Shown: one piece after another, positions 59,810 through 64,000 of the stretch
Position numbering within the stretch: the stretch's first letter is position 1
Layout of the letters: each line of letters begins with the position of its first letter
Source of the DNA: Camelus dromedarius
Taxonomy: Eukaryota
Length of the DNA: 64,000 bases
Direction of reading: 5' to 3'
Assembly: GCF_036321535.1 (NCBI RefSeq)
Contig: NC_087437.1
Coordinates: 5,704,001-5,768,000 of the forward strand
The notes under the pieces: generated by a model
Told to the model about the DNA's origin: nothing
What the model saw: only the letters and a program-made list of their open reading frames with translations
Database searches by the model: none
Position numbers and translations under genes: made by a program

Positions 59810-62520
59810 GTTGGGATGTGATTCCCATACTATAAAGTTCACCCTTTTAAAGCGTACACTTGATTGGTTTTTAGTGTTGGTTTTAGTATATTTAGTATAT
59901 TCGTAGTTTTGGCAGCCATCACCACTGTCTAATTCTGGAACATTTTTTTTTTCCTTTTTCAGTTTTGTTAGGTAGCATTGTTACATTTTGACTGCACGTA
60001 CACATTATATTGCATGTAAATACATATATACAGTATATTGCACATTTTTTAGTTTACATATATGTACTAATTATTGTTTCTAAGAACAGATTAGAGCTTT
60101 AGCTTTTCAAACTTACATAGTTATCAAAGGAATAAAGCCAACTACAAAATAAGAATCAACAGAATGTGGTAATCCAGTCATAAAGGACAGTCAGATGTGC
60201 TTACACATATTCAAGAAATAATAGTTATAAATAATAAGTAGTTCATTTGGGTCCTTATTATTATTGTTATTATTTTTAGATTCCTCATATAAATGATGTC
60301 ATATGGCATTTTTCTTTCTCTTTCCAACCTACTTCACTTAGAATGACAGTCTTCAGGTCCATCCATATTGCTGCAAATAGCATTATTTTATTCTTTTTTA
60401 TGGCTGAGTAGTGTTCCATTGTATATGTGTACCACTTCTTCTTTATCCAGTCATCTGTTGGTGGACATTTGGGTTGTTTCCATATCTTGACTATTGTAAA
60501 TAGTGCTGCTATGAACATTGGGGTGCATGTGTCTTTTTTAATTTTATTTTTCTCCGGATATATGCCCAGGAGTGGGATTGCTGGGTCACAAAACTATTTT
60601 CAGTTTTTTAAGGAGCCTCCATACTGTCTTCCATAGTGGCTGCATCAATCTACACTCCCACCAACAGTGTAGGTGTGTTCCCTTTTCTCCACACCCTCTC
60701 CAGCATCTATCATTTGTAGACTTTTCAATGATAGGTATTCTGACTGGTGTGAGGTGATAACCTCATTGTAGTTTTGATCTGCATTTCTCTGACAATTAAC
60801 AATGCTGAGCATTTTTTCATGTGCCTATTGCCCATTTGTATGTCTTCATTGGAGAATTGCTTGTTTAGGTCTTGCCCATTTTTGGATTGGGTTGCTTGTT
60901 TTTTTGATGTTAAGGTGTATGAGCTGTTTGTATATTTTGGAAGTTAGTCCCTTGTTTGTCACATCATTTCAAATATTTTCTCCCATTCTGTAGGTTGTCT
61001 TTTCATTTTGTTAATGATTTCCTTAGCTGTGCAAAAGCTTTTAAGTTTTATTAGATCCCATTTGTTTATTTTTGCTTTTATTTCCAATACTCCAGGAGCT
61101 GGTTCAAAAAATATATTGCTGTAATGTACATCCGTGAGTGTTCTGCCTGTGTTTTCCTCTAGGAGTTTTATAGTATCTGGTCTCACATTTAGGTCTTTAA
61201 TCCATTTTGAGTTTATTTTTGTACATGTTGTTAGAGAATGTTCTAATTTCAGTCTTTTACAGGTAGCTGTCCAGTTTTCCCAGCAACACTTATTGAAGAG
61301 AATGTCTTTTCTCCATTGTATATTCTTACCTCCTTTGTTGTAGATTAATTGACCACATGTACATGGGTTTATTTCTGGACTTTCTATCCTATTCTATTGA
61401 TCTATGTGTCTATTTTTGTGCAAGTACCATACTGTTTTTAGTACTGTAGCTTTGTAGTATAGTCTGAAGTCAGGAAGCATGATTCCCCAGCTCCATTCTT
61501 CTTTTTTCAAGATTGTTTTGGCTGTTCAGGGTCTTTTGTGTTTCCATACAAATTTTAACATTTTTTGTTCCTTCTCTGTGAAGAATGTTGTTGGTAACTT
61601 GATAGGGACTGCACTGAATCTGTAAATTGCCTTGGCCAATATGGCCATTTTAACAATATTGATTCTTCTAATCCAAGAACAAGGTATATCTTTCCATGTG
61701 TTTATGTCATCTTCAATTTCCTTCATCAGTGTCATAGTTTTTGGCATACAGGTCTTTTGCCTCCTTGGGTAGGTTTATTCCTAGGTACTTTATTCTTTTT
61801 GGCACAATGGTAAATGGTATTGTTTCCTTAATTTCCCTTTCTGCTATTTCATTGTTAGTGTATAGAAATGCAACTGATTTCTGTATATTAATTTGGTATC
61901 CTGCAACTTTACCATATTCATTGATGAGTTCTAGTAGTTTTCTGGTCACTTCTTTAGGGTTTTCTATGTATAGTTACTTCTTCACTTCCAATTTGGATTC
62001 CTTTTATTTCTTTTTCTTCTCTGATTGCTATGGCTAAGACTTCTAGAACATTTTCATCTCCCCAAAAAGAAACACTGTACCTATTAGCAGTCATTCCTGG
62101 TCCCTGGCAACTACACATTTACTTTGTCCTTTGAATTTGAAATCAACCGTTCCTATAAATGGAGTCATACAATATGCAGTCTTTTGCAACTGGCTTTTTT
62201 CACTTAAGCAGAATGTTTTCAAGGTTCCTCCACGTGGTTGCATGTAGTGTCAGTACTTCGTGATTTTTATGGCTTGAGAAATACTCCATTGGATGCATAT
62301 ACCATGCTTGTCCACTCAGAAGTTGATGGACATGTTGGGTCTTGCCACTTTTTGGCTATTCTGAATAATGCTGCTGTGAACATCTGTGTGCAGTTTTTTC
62401 ATCTGGGCATTCATTTTCCTTTCTCGTTGGCTATATACCTAGACGTGGAATTGATGGGTCTTATGGTAACTCTTTGTTTAATTTTTTGAGGGACCGCCAA
62501 ATGTTTTCTAAAGCCATTCC
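59810..62520 (-). mobile_element. L1MB-like 3' end split by the younger L1 (host pieces 59810-59946 and 62041-62520)
   Basis: AAAGTTCACCCTTTTAAAGCGTACA...CAGCCATCACCACTGTCTAATTCTGGAACATTTT resumes as CATCTCCCCAAAAAGAAAC...TATAAATGGAGTCATACAATATG. Confidence 0.8.
59947..62040 (-). mobile_element. 5'-truncated L1 (about 2.1 kb; end of RT, C-terminal domain, 3'UTR), non-functional
   Basis: ORF2 remnants [64 protein letters not shown] and MFIAALFTIVKIWKQPKCP. TSD TTCT(G/A)GAACATTTT at 59933-59946 and 62041-62054. Confidence 0.95.
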
Positions 62521-62810
62521 ATCTGCTTTCTGGGTGGCTGTTTCAAGTTCACAAAACAAAGGATTTGGCCATATTGGCCCTCACTTCTATGAACTACATG
62601 TTTCAAATGCTGACAATTTGCAGGGAGAGTGCATGAAAACAGAACTGTTTTCTTTTGATCCCTCTCTCCAGTACTTCTAAACATTACTGCTGTGCTCATC
62701 AGAATTAAGTCTTTTATGGATTTTTCAGGATAGCTGGCATTTCTGCTCAAGGAACTTTGAATTGCTCACAAACAAACAATGCAAGGCCTGTTATTCATAA
62801 AATCAAATAC

Positions 62811-63025
62811 TCTAGAATCAGACAGATGTGAGAGCTGGCTCTGCTTTTAGGGTCTTAGCAGTGTCACTTTGGGGAATAATTCCCTTTTTTGAACCTCATT
62901 TTTCTCCTCTGTAAAATGGGATGGATAATAGTGTCTACTTCCAGGTGTGCCTGTAAGTCTCAGAGTGAGATTGCGTGTGAAAAACACTTGCCTGACACAT
63001 CCCCAGTGCTCGATAAATGTTAGCC
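62811..63025 (+). mobile_element. MIR SINE
   Basis: TCTAGAATCAGACAGA...GAACCTCATTTTTCTCCTCTGTAAAATGGG...GTGCTCGATAAATGTTAGC. Confidence 0.8.
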
Positions 63026-63849
63026 TTGGTTAACCTTATTATTACTATTATATTCTTTAGCTGCAAAGATTTCCTCTGGAAGAATAATTAAATAATATTT
63101 AAATTATGCTCTGAAGCTGCTTGAAGAGGAATCTTATTTTACTATCATGATCAGATTTTCATTCTAGCAAATAAAATAATTTATAATCAGAACCTTTTGA
63201 TGGTGAGGGAAGAAAGGGAGTGGGGAACAGATGAACAAAATCCATTTAAAATTGCTTTTTGGTAGCTGTTATTCATTTTATCCTTTGCTCTATATATAAA
63301 ATTAAAGCAATTTGTTTTTCTTTTCCTTCTTTCCTGAAGCAAATGAAATCTAGACACAGAGAAAATTTTTTTTAAGCTGAAATGAAACGATAAAGTCATC
63401 GTCCCTTTCAGCACCAATTAAGAATTGGATAAATCTTCGCAGAATGTTTGCAAAACATTTGATTGCACAATAGCCTATCAGCTGTCATAATTCCCTTTAA
63501 TTTTGCCTTATTTGTTGGAGTCAGTAACTAAAGTGAATTTTTTTCCAGTTATTTCCCCATAACATAATGCTACTAGAATAACACAAAGAAAATGTTGACA
63601 AAACTCAATAATTAAAAATAAACCTATGAGATAAACACTTGAAGACGAAAATGAAAATGGCCCAGAATGGTCAGTGAACACTCTGATCAAACCTGACTTG
63701 GTTTTAAAGGAATCCATCTTTGCTTGGTCTCTGTTCTGAACGGGACATCCCATTTTCTCCATCTGAAGCATCTTGGTACGGTTTTGTGGCTCGTGGCCTT
63801 GGCAGCTTTAGAGCCAGAGGGACCCTGGATAATGAAGATCAGTCTAGTC

Positions 63850-64000
63850 TAGGGGTTCTCAGCCCAGGCGCCAGTCACAGTTAGGGCTGAGAGTTCTTTG
63901 TGTGGGAGCTTCCTGTGCATCGCAGGGTGTGGAACAGCATCCCTGGTCTCTACCCTCTGGATGTCAGAAGCACCTCCCCCCCACCTTGTGACAACTAAAA
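63850..64000. mobile_element. MER20 hAT-Charlie MITE (cut by the window end)
   Basis: AGGGGTTCTCAGCC...CCTGTGCATCGCAGGGTG...AGCATCCCTGGTCTCTACCC...TTGTGACAACTAAAA. Confidence 0.85.

Larger units (their letters stand above)
19601..64000 (+). other. PLCL2: PLCL2 first coding intron (partial, runs past the window end)
   Basis: Begins GTAGGT. The expected exon 2 peptide (DGTKQKRERKKTVSF...) is absent from the ORF track. Repeat-rich, with most L1 pieces antisense to the gene. Confidence 0.9.

Noticed and set aside
1..64000. Prokaryotic-type systems (operons, CRISPR arrays, defence loci) or foreign inserts
   Set aside because: No regularly spaced repeat-spacer array, no gene-dense segment and no compositional break that mammalian repeats or CpG islands do not explain.

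Overview
Mammalian genomic DNA, almost certainly camelid (camel, alpaca or llama), judged from eight loci of the tRNA-Ala-derived Vic-1-type SINE and camelid-type L1 3' ends. The only recognisable protein-coding sequence is the first coding exon of PLCL2 (PRIP-2, inactive phospholipase C-like 2): ATG at 19271 to a phase-0 donor at 19600, inside a CpG island. Roughly 18 kb of upstream sequence precedes it and about 44 kb of the long first intron follows; exon 2 is not in the window. The rest is repeat-rich: a near full-length Tigger1, several L1 generations (some with target-site duplications), L2, MIR, MLT1 and hAT MITEs. I found no convincing novel gene system. The best leads concern PLCL2 isoform architecture: a probable 5'UTR intron with an upstream non-coding exon, a candidate 'MVQ' alternative exon in the correct phase, other candidate alternative exons or a recursive splice site, and an A27 tract plus G4 in the leader. 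The other leads concern repeat biology: strong AT-to-GC shift in old repeats, a composite SINE, an L1 family with an unusual 3' tail, and an inverted L1. Repeat family names and the human PLCL2 comparison come from memory, not from a database search, and boundaries of old repeats are approximate.
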